Positions 25,831-38,790 of a stretch of DNA of 64,000 nt are shown here, piece by piece. Position 1 is the first letter of the stretch. Every line of letters starts with the position of its first letter. A program made the translations under genes and the position numbers. The DNA lies in assembly GCF_006345805.1 (NCBI RefSeq), contig NC_043017.1, positions 23,312,001 to 23,376,000 of the forward strand. Reading direction: 5' to 3'. The stretch comes from Octopus sinensis (taxonomy: Eukaryota). The notes under the pieces are model-generated. The model was not told the DNA's origin, did no database searches, and was given only the letters and a program-made list of their open reading frames with translations.

Positions 25831-26843
25831 GTGTATATTAATTATTATTATTAAGTTGAGACATCAAACTAGAATACCGCCCCCCCCTCTCTCTCTCTCC
25901 TTCAGGCTATTTGCAAATTATTAATTCATATCGAAATGTAAATAAAAATATTTGAAAGCTTATGAAATTTTAAATGAATTGCCAATTTGCAATTATTTTT
26001 ACATGCATCTCCTTTCCCCTTTATTCTCTCCTATGTCATTATGATTCCTTCTCTTTCACTATGTGTTTTTTTTTGGGGGGGGCTCCTTTACTCGGTGCCT
26101 GCGACAAAGCCTAATATGTGCACTCATCCGACACCATTTATGTTAACTCTCTGTTCCCCCCCCCCATGTAAAGCACGATTGGATAAATAATAAAAAAACT
26201 TTATGTTGACTATTACTAGATTAATGTATATGTGTTTGTAATCCTACATAGCCGCACACATTCATTGTCGGTTTCTTTTTAAGACATTCCGCTAGTTTTT
26301 GAAAAATTGTGTGCTATATTTCATAAAACTGATCTAGCAACCTGCACTTAATCTCCCTCAAGTAACATCTCGTTTGAAATACAGAAAAAATGCATTGGAT
26401 AAGGATATACAAAGACGGGATGATCGTGGCTAGAACAGCACTGATTGAGCAGAACTTAGCTTGAACTGTGAAAGAAATACCAAAAAAGAAAAAAATTCTC
26501 TACATGAATTCTATATTTCGTCTTTTAAGCAGTCTGATAGATTTCTAAATGTTATTTGCTTGTCTGTCTCTTAATCAATTATTTTTCTGTCAGCATGAAA
26601 GATCGTTGTTTTCGTTTGTGATCGCCAGGTCATTGACTCTTAAAGCAATGAACTTTCACCGTCACAAACCACTTGTGCTATTAAAGGAAGAAAGAACAAT
26701 ATATGAAAGTGAATAGAATTGTATCTTGTCTGGCAGACACTGTAGATCATTGCTTGCTAACGATTCACATCATACATACTCAATCTGTACGCGTGTATAT
26801 CTGAATGTCTGCGTCATCTGTATATGAGTGTATGTTATATGTA

Positions 26844-27464
26844 CAGTAATCTCTCGCCATATCGCGGTTCACCTATCGCGGTTTATTATCTAAGCCTACG
26901 TCGATTCCTCTGTGGTGTTGTTTTGCATTTATATTAAAATAAATATATATAAATTATTAAAATAATTTTTAAAAATACAGTACTGTTTCTACTTCGCGGA
27001 TTTTCACCTATCGCGGTTTATTATCTAAGCCTACGTCGATTCCTCTGTGGTGTTGTTTTGCATTTATATTAAAATAAATATATATAAATTATTAAAATAA
27101 TTTTAAAAATACAGTACTGTTTCTACTTCGCGGATTTTCACCTATCGCGGTTTATTATCTAAGCCTACGTCGATTCCTCTGTGGTGTTGTTTTGCATTTA
27201 TATTAAAATAAATATATATAAATTATTAAAATAATTTTAAAAAATACAGTACTGTTTCTACTTCGCGGATTTTCACCTATCGCGGTTTATTATCTAAGCC
27301 TACGTCGATTCCTCTGTGGTGTTGTTTTGCATTTATACTAAAATAAATATATATAAATTATTAAAATATTTTTTAAAAATACAGTAGTGTTTCTACTTCA
27401 CGGATTTTCACCTATCGCGGAGGGTGGTTGCAACGTAATACCCGCGATAGTCGAGGAATTAGTG
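26844..27464. mobile_element. pogo/Tigger-like MITE with four internal 134-135-bp tandem units
   Basis: TA-CAGTAATCTCTCGCCATATCGCGG ... CCGCGATAGTCGAGGAATTAGTG-TA (imperfect TIR, TA flanks); CACCTATCGCGG at 26870, 27005, 27139, 27274 and 27409. Confidence 0.75.
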
Positions 27465-28149
27465 TATAATGCTCGCGCGCGCGCGTATGGGAAAAAGAGA
27501 GATAGAGAGTGGTGGGGTGGTATATCTTTGGAAATGTAAAACTGAGAGTAACATTTATTGCAGTTTTCACTTCCTAATAAATATGGAATCTGATATTGCA
27601 TTTTTTTCTCATTGTATGCACATTTTTGGTGGGGAGGTAGGAATAATTCGTGTTTGTATGGGGGTAGTGGTGTATATAAGGACAAGGAGAAACTACCCAG
27701 TGACAATCTCGGCATGAAAACAAAATGGTAAGGTCGGTGCTAATGTACTTAGTGTTGTGAGGCAGAAAATTTTAATTGAAAATAGAATGTGCGCCATAAG
27801 AGGAAAGTGAGTCTGATCCTGCCAGTATGTGGAGATCATCAGCGATGTAATTTTAAATAATTAAAATTTCTCGGCTCACTACACTGTGTACCAGGTTCAT
27901 TTCATGCTAGCGTGTTCTTGGGTTCTCTCAAGTTCTTATTTCTAGTTATCAAGCCATTCATTGTTTATGCTCAATAAGCTCGAATATGCAATACATAGTA
28001 CTAATACTGATTTGCCATCGTATTGTCAACATAAGACTCCTTTCCACTGCATTACACGAATGCTATTTTTATCTAATTAAGATTTTAGGGTTGTCACCCC
28101 TGTTAGTTTTCACCATGGTTGCTGTGTGTGTACGTGTATGTATTTTTTT

Positions 28150-28535
28150 CTTTTACTTGTTTCAGTCAGTTGACTGCGGCCATACTGGAGCACCGCTTTT
28201 AGTCGAGCAACTCGTCCCGGGACTTATTCTTTGTAAGCCTAGTACTTATTCTATCGGTCTCTTTTGCCGAACCCCTAAGTGACGGGGACATAAACACACC
28301 AGCATCGGTTGTCAAACAATGCTAGGGGGACAAACACAGACACACAAACATACACACACACGCACATATATATGACGGGCTTCTTTCAGTTTCCGTCTAC
28401 CAAATCCACTCACAAGGCTTTGGTCGGCCCGAGGCTATAGTAGAAGACACTTACCCAAGGTGCCACGCAGTGGGACTGAACCCGGAACCATGTGGTTGGT
28501 AAGCAAGCTACTTACCACACAGCCACTCCTGCGCC
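28150..28535 (-). mobile_element. SINE family A
   Basis: Near-consensus reverse copy ending CCACACAGCCACTCCTGCGCC. Confidence 0.92.
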
Positions 28536-28818
28536 TACGCATGTATATATACATACACATATATATATACATATTTGTTGGGGTGTAGGTATGTGCATAT
28601 TTTGTATGTAGGTATATATGTGTGCGTTTATATGTATATCTTTATATGTGAGTGTGCATATATGTGTATGCGTATATGCATATATCCATTTATATACCAA
28701 TACACCCCACACGTGTGAGCGCACACACGCATACACACACACACTAATAAAATATATATCTATACATATGCATATCATCATCATCATTATCATTTAACGT
28801 CTGTCTTCTATATATGTA

Positions 28819-29822
28819 CGAGGGTGGGCTGAAAGTTCATAGGCTGACTATGAAGGAGCGACGCTATACCTGTGAAATCTCGCATGCATTAATTTCAACC
28901 CTTCTTATTAATAACTGCATTGTTTCTTTCCAGGTAAACTGACATCTGACTGTTCAAAGAAGACTTCAAAAACAACTAGTAGCAACTTATCTTGAAAATA
29001 GACAAAATTTAGCATCGTCATGTTATCAAGTGTCTGCAGAAAAGGGGTTTAGCCTTTAAGGACACTCATGCTGACATTGTTGTTATATTAGGGGATGACG
29101 CTCCAGTTTTATCATCAGTGCAAAGTGGGCAACTGAAATTAGGAAGGGAAGGGAGAGTGTTGAAGATCACCCAAGGTCTGATGTCCTGTAACTGCTACCA
29201 CTGAGGAAAACATTGATCATGTTCACCACCTGGTGATGGATGGATGACAGGTATGACGAAAGTTTCTGCTCGGTGGGTGTCACCTCTTCTGACACCTGAT
29301 CAAAAGCGCACCAAGCTGATCACATCATGAGAAAAATCTGAGATTGTTTGAGTCAGATCCAGCAAGTTTCTTGAACATTTCCTAACCCAGGATGAGTGTT
29401 GGCCTCATCACTTTGAACGAGAAACAAAGAGACGATCCATGCAATGGAAACATCCCTCTTCACCTACTTCGAAGAAGGCCAAGGTTGTTCCATCAGTTTT
29501 TTAGGATGCGAAATGCATTGTGTTTATTAACTATCTTCAGAAGGGCCACACCATCAATGGAGAGTATTAAGCAATTTCAAAAGACTATCAAGACCAAACG
29601 CTCGCGAAAACTGACGAAAGGGCTCTAGTTCCATAAGAACAATGGTCCAGCATACAAGTCCTTCGTTTCAATGGCTGCTATGCGTGGCTGTGGCTTTGAA
29701 CTGGTAAACCATCCTCCCTAATCTGGGCAACTAGATTTGAACCCAGCTGACTATTATCTGTTCCCTAACATGAAAAAAACCCCACTTGACTGGGAACAAG
29801 TATCGCAATGATGATGGCGTCA
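28819..29822 (+). pseudogene. Decayed mariner (DD34D-type) transposon
   Basis: Starts TA-CGAGGGTGGGCTGAAAG. Fragments IDKI*HRHVIKCLQK, DTHADIVVILGDDAP..WATEIRKGRESVEDHPRS, LTQDECWPHHFERETKRRSMQWKH, FHKNNGPAYK and DLNPADYYLFPNMKK; many stops and frameshifts. Confidence 0.88.
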
Positions 29823-29858
29823 TATCTGTATGTATGTATATTTGTATGTATATATAGA

Positions 29859-29895
<37 letters not shown>

Positions 29896-30049
29896 GATAG
29901 ATAGATATAGATTTGTGTATATATATATATGGTATGTATGTGTGTGTATAGGTACAAGAGCTACTAATAGTTTCTTCATATAGTGTTCGAGCTAAATTTG
30001 ACAGTTTGCATAAAAGGAAAAGAAAACAATATCCCATCCAAAAATAAGG

Positions 30050-30830
30050 AAAAAATTTTAAGTCAAAATATATAAATTAATTTATGGCTGGGGGATAACA
30101 ATTTACTCAAAGTAGCCGCTCTCAGCTGCCACCACGGCTTCAAGACAGCTCCGGAACCTGGTGCATACGTTCCTCATTGTGTTCCTGGGAAGATCTTCGA
30201 ACACCTCTTCGATCTTGGCCACAGGCTCAGCCTTTATGTTGCAGGTAGAATGTGTTGCTGTTTTTCTCAACTGCGCCCCACGCATGGGATTATATTTGGA
30301 GGAATTGGAGGACAGAAGTTGGGGTTGATGAAGTCGTAGGAAATCTCTGACAATCACTTGTGACTCTTTGCGGAGGTATGGCCAGGAACTGAATCCGTCT
30401 GCCACATATATTGCCTTCCTGCAACATGCCTCTCTAGCCTGGGTTTGGCTACATACTCCAGTACCTTCACTTTAGCTATCTGAATTGAGCCTCAGGCCTT
30501 GTTCAAAGACTAGGGGGATAAATTCCGGTGTGCAGACACAGTCAAGACGCTTGCTGTGTCCATTTCTGCTGATCATGGCTTTGTAGTCTTCATTTCAGCT
30601 GTCCATGAAGCGTCCTACAGCCTTTACAGTGTTCACAGAGTATTGAGCAACAATGATGATGTCAACATGAGTATCTCTTTTCCAATATTCAGATGGCTTC
30701 CAGTCCTCTATTCTGCTAACTTTTTCTCAACTACAACTTTAATATTTATGTTCTTCAATGCCGTTGGTTATTCACCCAGCTGTTTCTGAAAAAAGGTGAC
30801 ACAAAAATCGTCAAATCTATTCTCAAGATT
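30050..30830 (-). pseudogene. Decayed Tc1/mariner-superfamily transposase (maT/DD37D-like C-terminus)
   Basis: ORF 30103-30405 ends NSSKYNPM..CNIKAEPVAKIEEVFEDLPRNTMRNVCTRFRSCLEAVVAAESGYFE*, resembling the ending WPPxSPDLNP...CxxFRxRLEAVxxxxGGYFE. Confidence 0.75.
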
Positions 30831-31180
30831 CTATATAAACGACTTCGTTCATATAAGGAAACCACTCACATATATTGAGGGGGTTAGATAAAATCCAAGC
30901 TATCACCTTAGCAGTGCTTCATGCAAGAACCTGACTAGCAAAGTGTTCGAATAGCAGTGTAAAAGTTACACATGTTGGCTAACCAAAGAATGATTAGTTC
31001 GGGCATACACACATTTTATATGTATATATTTGTGCATAGATATATGTATATTCATAATAAAGGGTGACGTTCCGACGAAATCCGAGATGGTAATCCAATA
31101 GTATCGTAGGGGTAAGAAAATCCAAGAATTAAGGTACTCCAACTATCGTTTCACACACATATATGTATGTATGTGTTTTT

Positions 31181-31221
<41 letters not shown>

Positions 31222-31284
31222 ATTTTTTATGTATGCATATGTGACTGTGTGTATATGTGCATATATGTGTCTATATACACGACT

Positions 31285-31575
31285 GGCACCTCATCGGTTA
31301 CGATGGCGGGGGTTTAGTTTATCCGATCAACAGAACAAACTCTCGTGAGCACTCCAGACACACGTACCCTTAACATAGTCCTCAGGGAGATTCAATGTGA
31401 CTCAGAATATAACAAGGCTGGGCCCTTTGAGTTACAGGTACAACTCATTTTTGCCAACCCAATGAACTGAAGCAACGTACAGTGTCTTGTTGAAGGACAC
31501 AACGCACCGCCAGGGATCGAACTCACGACCCTACGACCGTTAGCCGAATACTCTAACCACTAAGCCACACTCCTT
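31285..31575 (-). mobile_element. SINE family D
   Basis: Minus-strand head GTGGCTTAGTGGTTAGAGTATTCGGC..GGGTCGTGAGTTCGATCCCTGGCG is tRNA-like; the body is shared with 4290-4562. Confidence 0.7.
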
Positions 31576-33027
31576 CACGTCTGTATATATCACACATACA
31601 CACATTTTGGTCATGTTAGTCTCTTGTGATTAGGGTTTGTTTGACTTTTTTTCCTCTTTTTTAGCTGACCCTTTTTGTTCACTTTCTTAGTCCATGACAG
31701 TACTTGTTTCCAACCTCTCATCGCAACATGTATTCTTTTCTCGCTCTTTGTGTATTTTTCTTTTCTCCTTCTTTATATTAACTTCAAACTTTTTTTAGTT
31801 TCTCAGAACAAACGTGTGACGTCCGCACGTTTTACGCTGAAGTTGTTATCCCGTTCTCGTTAACGCTATAGTCTGGTCCTTTTGTCCTCTTAATCCATTG
31901 CCTCCTATTTTGTTCGACGTATCTCTTTCTCTTTCCCTCTGTGTCCATTTCTTTTTTTCAAAAGAACAGATCAGTTCTTCACACTAGTTAGTTTACTTTC
32001 TATCTTTCCTTCTTCCTGGAATCGATAAACTAAATTACCTATTAGATATTGGATTCTGTTCATTTGGATACAACATTTTTGCCCCCCCCCAAAAAAAAAC
32101 TGGCTACTAAGCCACACATTTTAACAAGGTATTGAGTGCTTTTAACAGAGCTGACTCTATTGCAAACCCTTGAAAGCCTCTTTCTCGTCATTTGTTCTCC
32201 TAGAAACAGCAGCTAAATATCCTTAAATCACTCCTTATATGACTTTAAAAAAGGGAGGGATGGATACATGAATAACATAGTCTTAAATGCACTACTTAAA
32301 TATAGAATAGTCATGGCGAATCGCATTTTATCATTGATTAGCTCCTTCAGAGTTCTGCCGGGGCTAAACGTCTGTGACATGGCACATTACTTCTTGGTTT
32401 TCACTTCATGATACACATCACATGAAAGTTAAAAGAAATTTATTTTCAAGTTGAAAATATATAGAAAATTTTTACCTACTTCGTTTTATAAATTATATCT
32501 ATGTATTAGAAAATTGTGAATAACACTTTTTTCAAGTCGTTCCATCATTATTACGAATTTGCTCAAGTTTAAAATTTTTCTTTTAAAAACCTGAAGTAGT
32601 TTGAGAACTACTGACATAACAGTCACGTGATTTGTCGTCTGCTTCCAATTTGTTCACGACTTGATAGTGTTGAACGCTCTTTCTTCCCATCTCCCTCTCT
32701 CTATCCCTCCCTTCCTCCCCTTCCCTCTTTCTCTCTCACTCATATACATTCACGCACCACCACCACCACCATCTCGATCTTGAATGCTTTTAGCGGGGTT
32801 GACTGTTACAAAATTAAACTGTTAAAGCCAATGCGGTCGCTCGCCTTGCAAGAAATAGAAGCCAAATATCCTTCAAGTTACTTCCTACTTGTCTTTAAAA
32901 AAGAAAGGAAGTCATTTAGAGTAATTTTTGTGTTAAATACTCTCACTTTTATCAACCAACAGCTAACAATATAACGGGTTTAAGGGAAGTAAATAAGGTA
33001 GTGAATTTAATTCAATAGAAAACAAAA

Positions 33028-33257
33028 GGCGGCGAGCTGGCAGAAGCGTTAGCACGTCGGGCGAAATGCTTTGCGGTATTTCGTCTGCCATTACGTTCTG
33101 AGTTCAAATTCCGCCGAGGTCGACTTTGCCTTTCATCCTTTCGGGATCGATAAATTAAGTACCAGTTACACACTGGGGTCGATGTAATCGACTTAATACC
33201 TATGTCTGTCCTTGTTTGTCCCCTCTATGTTTAACCCCTTGTAGGTAATAAAGAAAT
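33028..33257 (+). mobile_element. SINE family B with 16-bp target-site duplication
   Basis: AATAGAAAACAAAAGG at 33014-33029 and at 33255-33270 flanks a near-consensus copy. Confidence 0.92.
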
Positions 33258-34047
33258 AGAAAACAAAAGGAATAATAATAATCCATTCTAATTGGCTTAT
33301 AAGCTACAAATGGAAAATATTCAAATTTCTGATTACTTTCGATTTATATTGTCGGAAACAAAACTTAAACTAGAAAGAATATTTTATCATGCCTTCCGAT
33401 TTCGTATTGATAATAAATAATATCAATGAGGATAATGGCATACGTTGTTCAAAGATTATGAGCAAGTTGTCAAAATAGTTAAAATGATATGAATGTCTTT
33501 TCTTGATGAAAAAAAAAATCAAAAAATGACAATTGTCATGAATACCTTCAAAATTTTATTTCTGCAAAATTTCGTAAAAATATACGCGTTATTAAGGAAG
33601 TTATCAAGAAATAAAGTCGAGAAAATAGATGCGTTGAACTGTAGTTAAGCTTTTGATTAGAAGACAAAATATTAAATGAGGAAAAACTTCCTCTGGCGGC
33701 TTAAACCAAATATTAGCTGCTAATCGATGTAGCTAAAACTGGAGCATTTAACTTAAGGATCGTTTTTTATAATTAGTTTACTCGTCCAGATTTCCCTCGG
33801 GGCTAAACAATTATGATTTATTATATTTTTTTTACTTATACAGGAACACTGGAGCATCAATTAAAATATCACCCTCCCATTTTGCTTAAAGCTAAAACTA
33901 GAGAACTGTTGCTTACCTTGTATTATATATACCATATACTTGTTTGTATATGACAAAATCATGAATAATACAGTATTCGTGACGTTTAGACGTGACTATA
34001 GATTTTCTAAAGTTTTAAATTCCGTGACACACCAATTCATCTCGCTG

Positions 34048-34457
34048 GGCGAGCTGGCAGAAACGTTAGCACGTCGGGCGAAATGCTTAGCGGTATTTCG
34101 TCTGCGTTACGTTGTGAGTTCAAATTCCGCCGAGGTCGACTTTACCTTTCATCCTTTCGGGGTCGATAAATTAAGCACCAGTTACGCACTGGGGTTGATG
34201 TAATCGACTTAATACCTATGTCTGTCCTTGTTTGTCCCCTCTGTGTTTAGCCCCTTGTGGGTAATAAAGAAATAGGTATTTCGGCTGCCGTTACGTTCTG
34301 AGTTCAAATTCCGCCGAGGTCGACTTTGCCTTTCATCCTTTTGGGGTCGATTAAACAAATACCAGTTACGCACTGAGTCGATATAATCGACTTAATCCGT
34401 TTGTCTGTCCTTGTTCGTCCTCTCTGTGTTTAGCCCCTTGTGGGTAGTAAAGAAATT
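34048..34457 (+). mobile_element. SINE family B, tandem dimer
   Basis: Head plus two bodies joined at AAAGAAATAGGTATTTCG. Confidence 0.9.
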
Positions 34458-34558
34458 GATATAATGCCGGGGTGTTCAGCAGTCTATCACGTGATAAGTC
34501 GTCTGCTCTTTCCATTTGTTCAAAGAGTGTTGAACGCTCAGTTTCTTTCTTTCTCTCC

Positions 34559-34592
<34 letters not shown>

Positions 34593-35591
34593 TATCGCTT
34601 TTAGCGAAGTTGACCCTTTTTACAACAACCATTTTGAACCCCAAATTGGTCAAGCTAATCGCTCGATCTGCTAGAAACAGCGACCGAACTCTCCCAAATC
34701 ACTCCCTGTCGGTCGTAAAAGATGGAAGAGTACATTGGATAACAGTCTTAGACACATTGCCTGAAATAAAGATTGGGTGTCCATAGTGGGATGCCTTTTA
34801 TCAATCGTCTACTGATTCAGATTTTTCTCAGGAGCAAACATCTATTACAAATACATTGCTTTTCAGTAGTTCTGATCGCGACAAGCTAGAATTCAAATAC
34901 ACTGCTTGCCTATGGGTAAGTTTAAAAAGAAATACATTTTATTTTAAAGTTAAACATTTAAAAAGCTATTACTTACCTTGTTTTATAATCATATTTGTGT
35001 ATAACAAAATCAGGAATGAAACGGTTTTCAAGATGTTTAATCTGAAGTTTGTAATTTTTCCTTAAAAATCCGCAGCGCACTAATTGAGGACCACTGACAT
35101 AACACAGTATATCACATGTGTCGTCTGCTCTTCCAGTTTGCTCATGACTTGATAGTCTTGAACGCGCTCCTCCCTCCCTCTCTCTCTCTCTTCTATCTCT
35201 CTTTCTCTTTCCTTCAACCCCTCTCGTTTTCTCTGCCTCTCTCACTCCCCCCCCTCTCTCTCTCTCACCCTCACACCACCACCTCCACCTGGCTCTTGAG
35301 TGCTTTTAGCAGGATTGACTTTGCTGCAAGGAATTTAGACCGCAAAACAAAACTTTTGAAGCCTGTCTTGTCGTCTATCTAGCTAGAAATAGCAGCCAAG
35401 TATCCCTCAAGTTACTCCCTACTTACTTACTGTTTGGTGACCAGCGAAGATTTTCCCTCCGAAGGTTATACATATATACATACATAAATGCATACGCATA
35501 TGAATGCATACACGCACGCGCGCGCACATAACATGTATACATACACACACATGTATGTGAACTTATATATGTATGTCTGAATGAATGTATG

Positions 35592-35816
35592 CTTTTATTT
35601 GTTTCAGTCATTTGACTGCGGCCATGCTGGAGCACCACCTTTAGTCGAGCAAATCGACCTCAGGACTTATTCTTTGTAAGCCCAGTACTTATTCTATCGG
35701 TCTCTTTTGCCGAACCGCTAAGTTACTAGGAAGTAAACACACCAGCATAGGTTGTCAAGCGATTGTGGGGGACAAACAGACACACAAACAGATACATAAC
35801 ATACATACTACATATG

Positions 35817-35852
<36 letters not shown>

Positions 35853-36012
35853 AATATATACACGATGGGCTTCTTTCAGTTTCCGTCTGCCAAATCCACT
35901 CACAACGCTTTGGTCGGCTGGAGGCTATAGTAGAAGACACTTGCCCAAGGTGCCACGCAATGGGATTGAACCCGGAACCATGTGGTTGGTAAGCAAGCTA
36001 CTTACCACACAC
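35592..36012 (-). mobile_element. SINE family A
   Basis: Reverse copy from TTTGTTTCAGTCATTTGACTGCGGCC to GCTACTTACCACAC. Confidence 0.9.
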
Positions 36013-36674
36013 ACATGACGAGTGAAATTTTCTCTCCCCACCTAAATTACTAAAAGGAAAATCGCCTAATTTATAACGTAACTGTTCAGCAATTCACCAT
36101 CTTCATTGACAGTTTAAACCAAACAATACTGCTGAGTATTAGTGTATTAATCTCGGGGATCATCGTTGATAATTGATCTACTCGTTCAGATTTCTCTCGG
36201 AGCTATACAACTAAGACATGACACATGGGTTCTCAGTGTTTTTTATTTTATGCAGAAACACTGGGGCACCAAATGAAACATTACTTACCCACTGTACATG
36301 AAGGGTAATTAATCTTTTAATGGTTTTAAAGCTAAAACTATAGAAAACTATTGCTTACCTTGTTTATATCATATATTTGTTTGGTTTTCACAAAATCATG
36401 AATAATACTCAGACATAATTGTAGATTTTCTTATGTTTTAAATTCATTTCGAATTCCATTGAGTGATGTATCGTCTGCTTTTTCCAGTTGTCCAAAACAC
36501 ACACACACACACACACCACACACACACACACACACACACTCTCTCTCTCTCTCTCTTCCTTCTTTCTCACCTGCCTACCTCTCTCTATTCCTCTCTCTCG
36601 CTCGAAAGCACTAACACACCCCCACCCGAGTTTTGACTGATCGGGGGTGACTCTTTCCAGCAATTTGAACAGTG

Positions 36675-36831
36675 GCGTGGTAAGTAGCTTGCTTACCAAC
36701 CACATGGTTCTGGGTTCATTCCAACAGCGTGGCACCTCGGGCAAGTGTCTTCTACTATAGCTCGAGCCGACCAAAGCCTTGGGAGTGGATTTGATAGAAG
36801 GAAACTGAAAGAAGCCCGTCGTATATATGTA

Positions 36832-36862
<31 letters not shown>

Positions 36863-37110
36863 TATATGTATGTGTGTATGTATGTGTTTGTGTGTCTGTG
36901 TTTGTCCCCCCCCCACATCGTTTGACAACCGATGGTGGTGCGTTTACGTCTCCGTAACTGAGCGGTTCGGCAAAAGAGTCTGATAGAATAAGTACTAGGT
37001 TTCCAAAGAATAAGTCCTGGGGTCGATTTGCTCGACTAAAGGCGGTACTCCAGCATGGCCGCAGTCAAATGACTGCAACAACTAAAAGAGTAAAAGTGAG
37101 AGTAAAAGAG
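36675..37110 (+). mobile_element. SINE family A
   Basis: GTGGCGTGGTAAGTAGCTTGC ... GGCCGCAGTCAAATGACTG..AAAAGAGTAAAAG. Confidence 0.9.
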
Positions 37111-37199
37111 TATCAAAATGAAACTGAGGAAGCTTCAAGTTGGTTACTCGATCTGCTTGAAATAGTAGCTATATCTCTCAAATTGCTTTCTACTATCCT

Positions 37200-37208
37200 G
37201 TTTATATA

Positions 37209-37248
<40 letters not shown>

Positions 37249-37706
37249 ATATATGTGTGTGTTGTGTGTATATGTGTGTGTATGTGTGTGTGTATATATG
37301 TGTGTGTGTGTATATATTGTGTGTGTGTGTGTATATATGTGTGTGTGTGGTGTGTATATATGTGTGTGTGTATATATATGTGTGTGTGTGTATATATTAT
37401 GTGTGTGTGTATGTGTATATATATATTGTGTGTGTGTGTGGTATATATATATATGTGTGTGTGTGTATATATATATGTGGTGTGTGGTGTGTATATATAT
37501 GTGTGTGGTGTGTGTGTGTATATATATATATGTTGTGGTGGTGTATATATATATATATGTGTTGTGTGTATATTATATATATGTGTGTGTGTATATATAT
37601 TGTGTGTGTATATATATATAATATATTGTGTGTGTGTATGTATATATATAATGTGTATATATATATATCTATATTATGTGTGTGTGTATGTATATATATA
37701 TATGTG

Positions 37707-37737
<31 letters not shown>

Positions 37738-37854
37738 ATTATATATATATGTGTATATATATATATAGTGTGTGTGTGTGTGTGTGTATATATATATGTG
37801 TTGTGGTGTGTATATATATATATGTGTGGTGTGTGTTGTATATATATATATATA

Positions 37855-37887
<33 letters not shown>

Positions 37888-37932
37888 ATATGTGTGTGTG
37901 TGTGTGTGTATAGTGTGTGTGTGTGTGTAATA

Positions 37933-37967
<35 letters not shown>

Positions 37968-38000
37968 GTGTATATATATATATATATATATGTGTGTGTA

Positions 38001-38034
<34 letters not shown>

Positions 38035-38045
38035 TATATGTATAT
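37200..38045. repeat. About 850-bp (TG)n(TA)n compound microsatellite
   Basis: Direct inspection; source of the 331-aa CVYI ORF. Confidence 0.95.
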
Positions 38046-38474
38046 TGAGTGGTACTTTGGATAACACAATCTTTGATTCCTGAAATAAAGACAGGGTGGC
38101 CATAGAGTGGTACCTTTTATCCAGGATCTGCTGCTTCAGAATTTTTTTCTCAAGACAAAACATCTACAACAAAACACATTGCTTCTCAATGGCTTCGATT
38201 TGTGACAAACTAGAAACCAAATTCATTACTTGCCTCACGCATGAAAATTAAAAAAAAGAGAAAATCAACTCATTCAACTCATTTTTCACATTACATTTAT
38301 GTATTTGAAAGATCATGAATAAAGCAGTTTTCAAGATGTTTAATTATATAGATTTTTCTTGAATTTTAAACTTCTCTTTTAAAAATTATTTGAGAACTAG
38401 ACATAACGCAGAGTGTCACGTGACATATCGTCTGCTTCCAATTTGGTCATGACTTGATATGGTATTGAACGCTC

Positions 38475-38506
38475 TCATTCTCTCTCTCTCACAAACACAC
38501 ACACAC

Positions 38507-38538
<32 letters not shown>

Positions 38539-38790
38539 TTTCTCTCTCTCACACACACACACACACTCTCTCACACACACACACACTCTCTCTCTCTCAC
38601 ACACACACTCTCTCTCACAAACACACTCTCTCTCTCTCACACACACACACCACACACCACTCTCTCTCTCTCACACAAACACTCTCTCTCTCAATCACAC
38701 ACACTCTCTCTCTCTCACACACTCTCTCTCTCACAAACACACACTCTCTCTCACTCTCTCTCTCTCTCACACACATACACACATACTCGT
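38475..38790. repeat. (CT)n(CA)n compound microsatellite
   Basis: Direct inspection; expanded CT tract of array module 5. Confidence 0.9.

Noticed and set aside
26870-27420. Regular 135-bp repeats as a CRISPR-like array
   Set aside because: The whole unit repeats with no unique spacers, the context is eukaryotic, and it lies within MITE termini.
31500-31575. tRNA-like sequences here and at SINE A/B heads
   Set aside because: They are A/B-box-bearing SINE heads without a complete cloverleaf, each continuing into a repeat body.
34968-34985. TTACTTACCTTG as a U1 snRNA 5' end, or the array units as spliced-leader RNA genes
   Set aside because: No U1 stem-loops or downstream U1 sequence follow, and I saw no conserved leader or Sm site. 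It is better explained as a minus-strand 5' splice site.
37069-38064. Longest ORF in the track (331 aa)
   Set aside because: It starts in a SINE tail and runs through a (TG/TA)n tract; low complexity.
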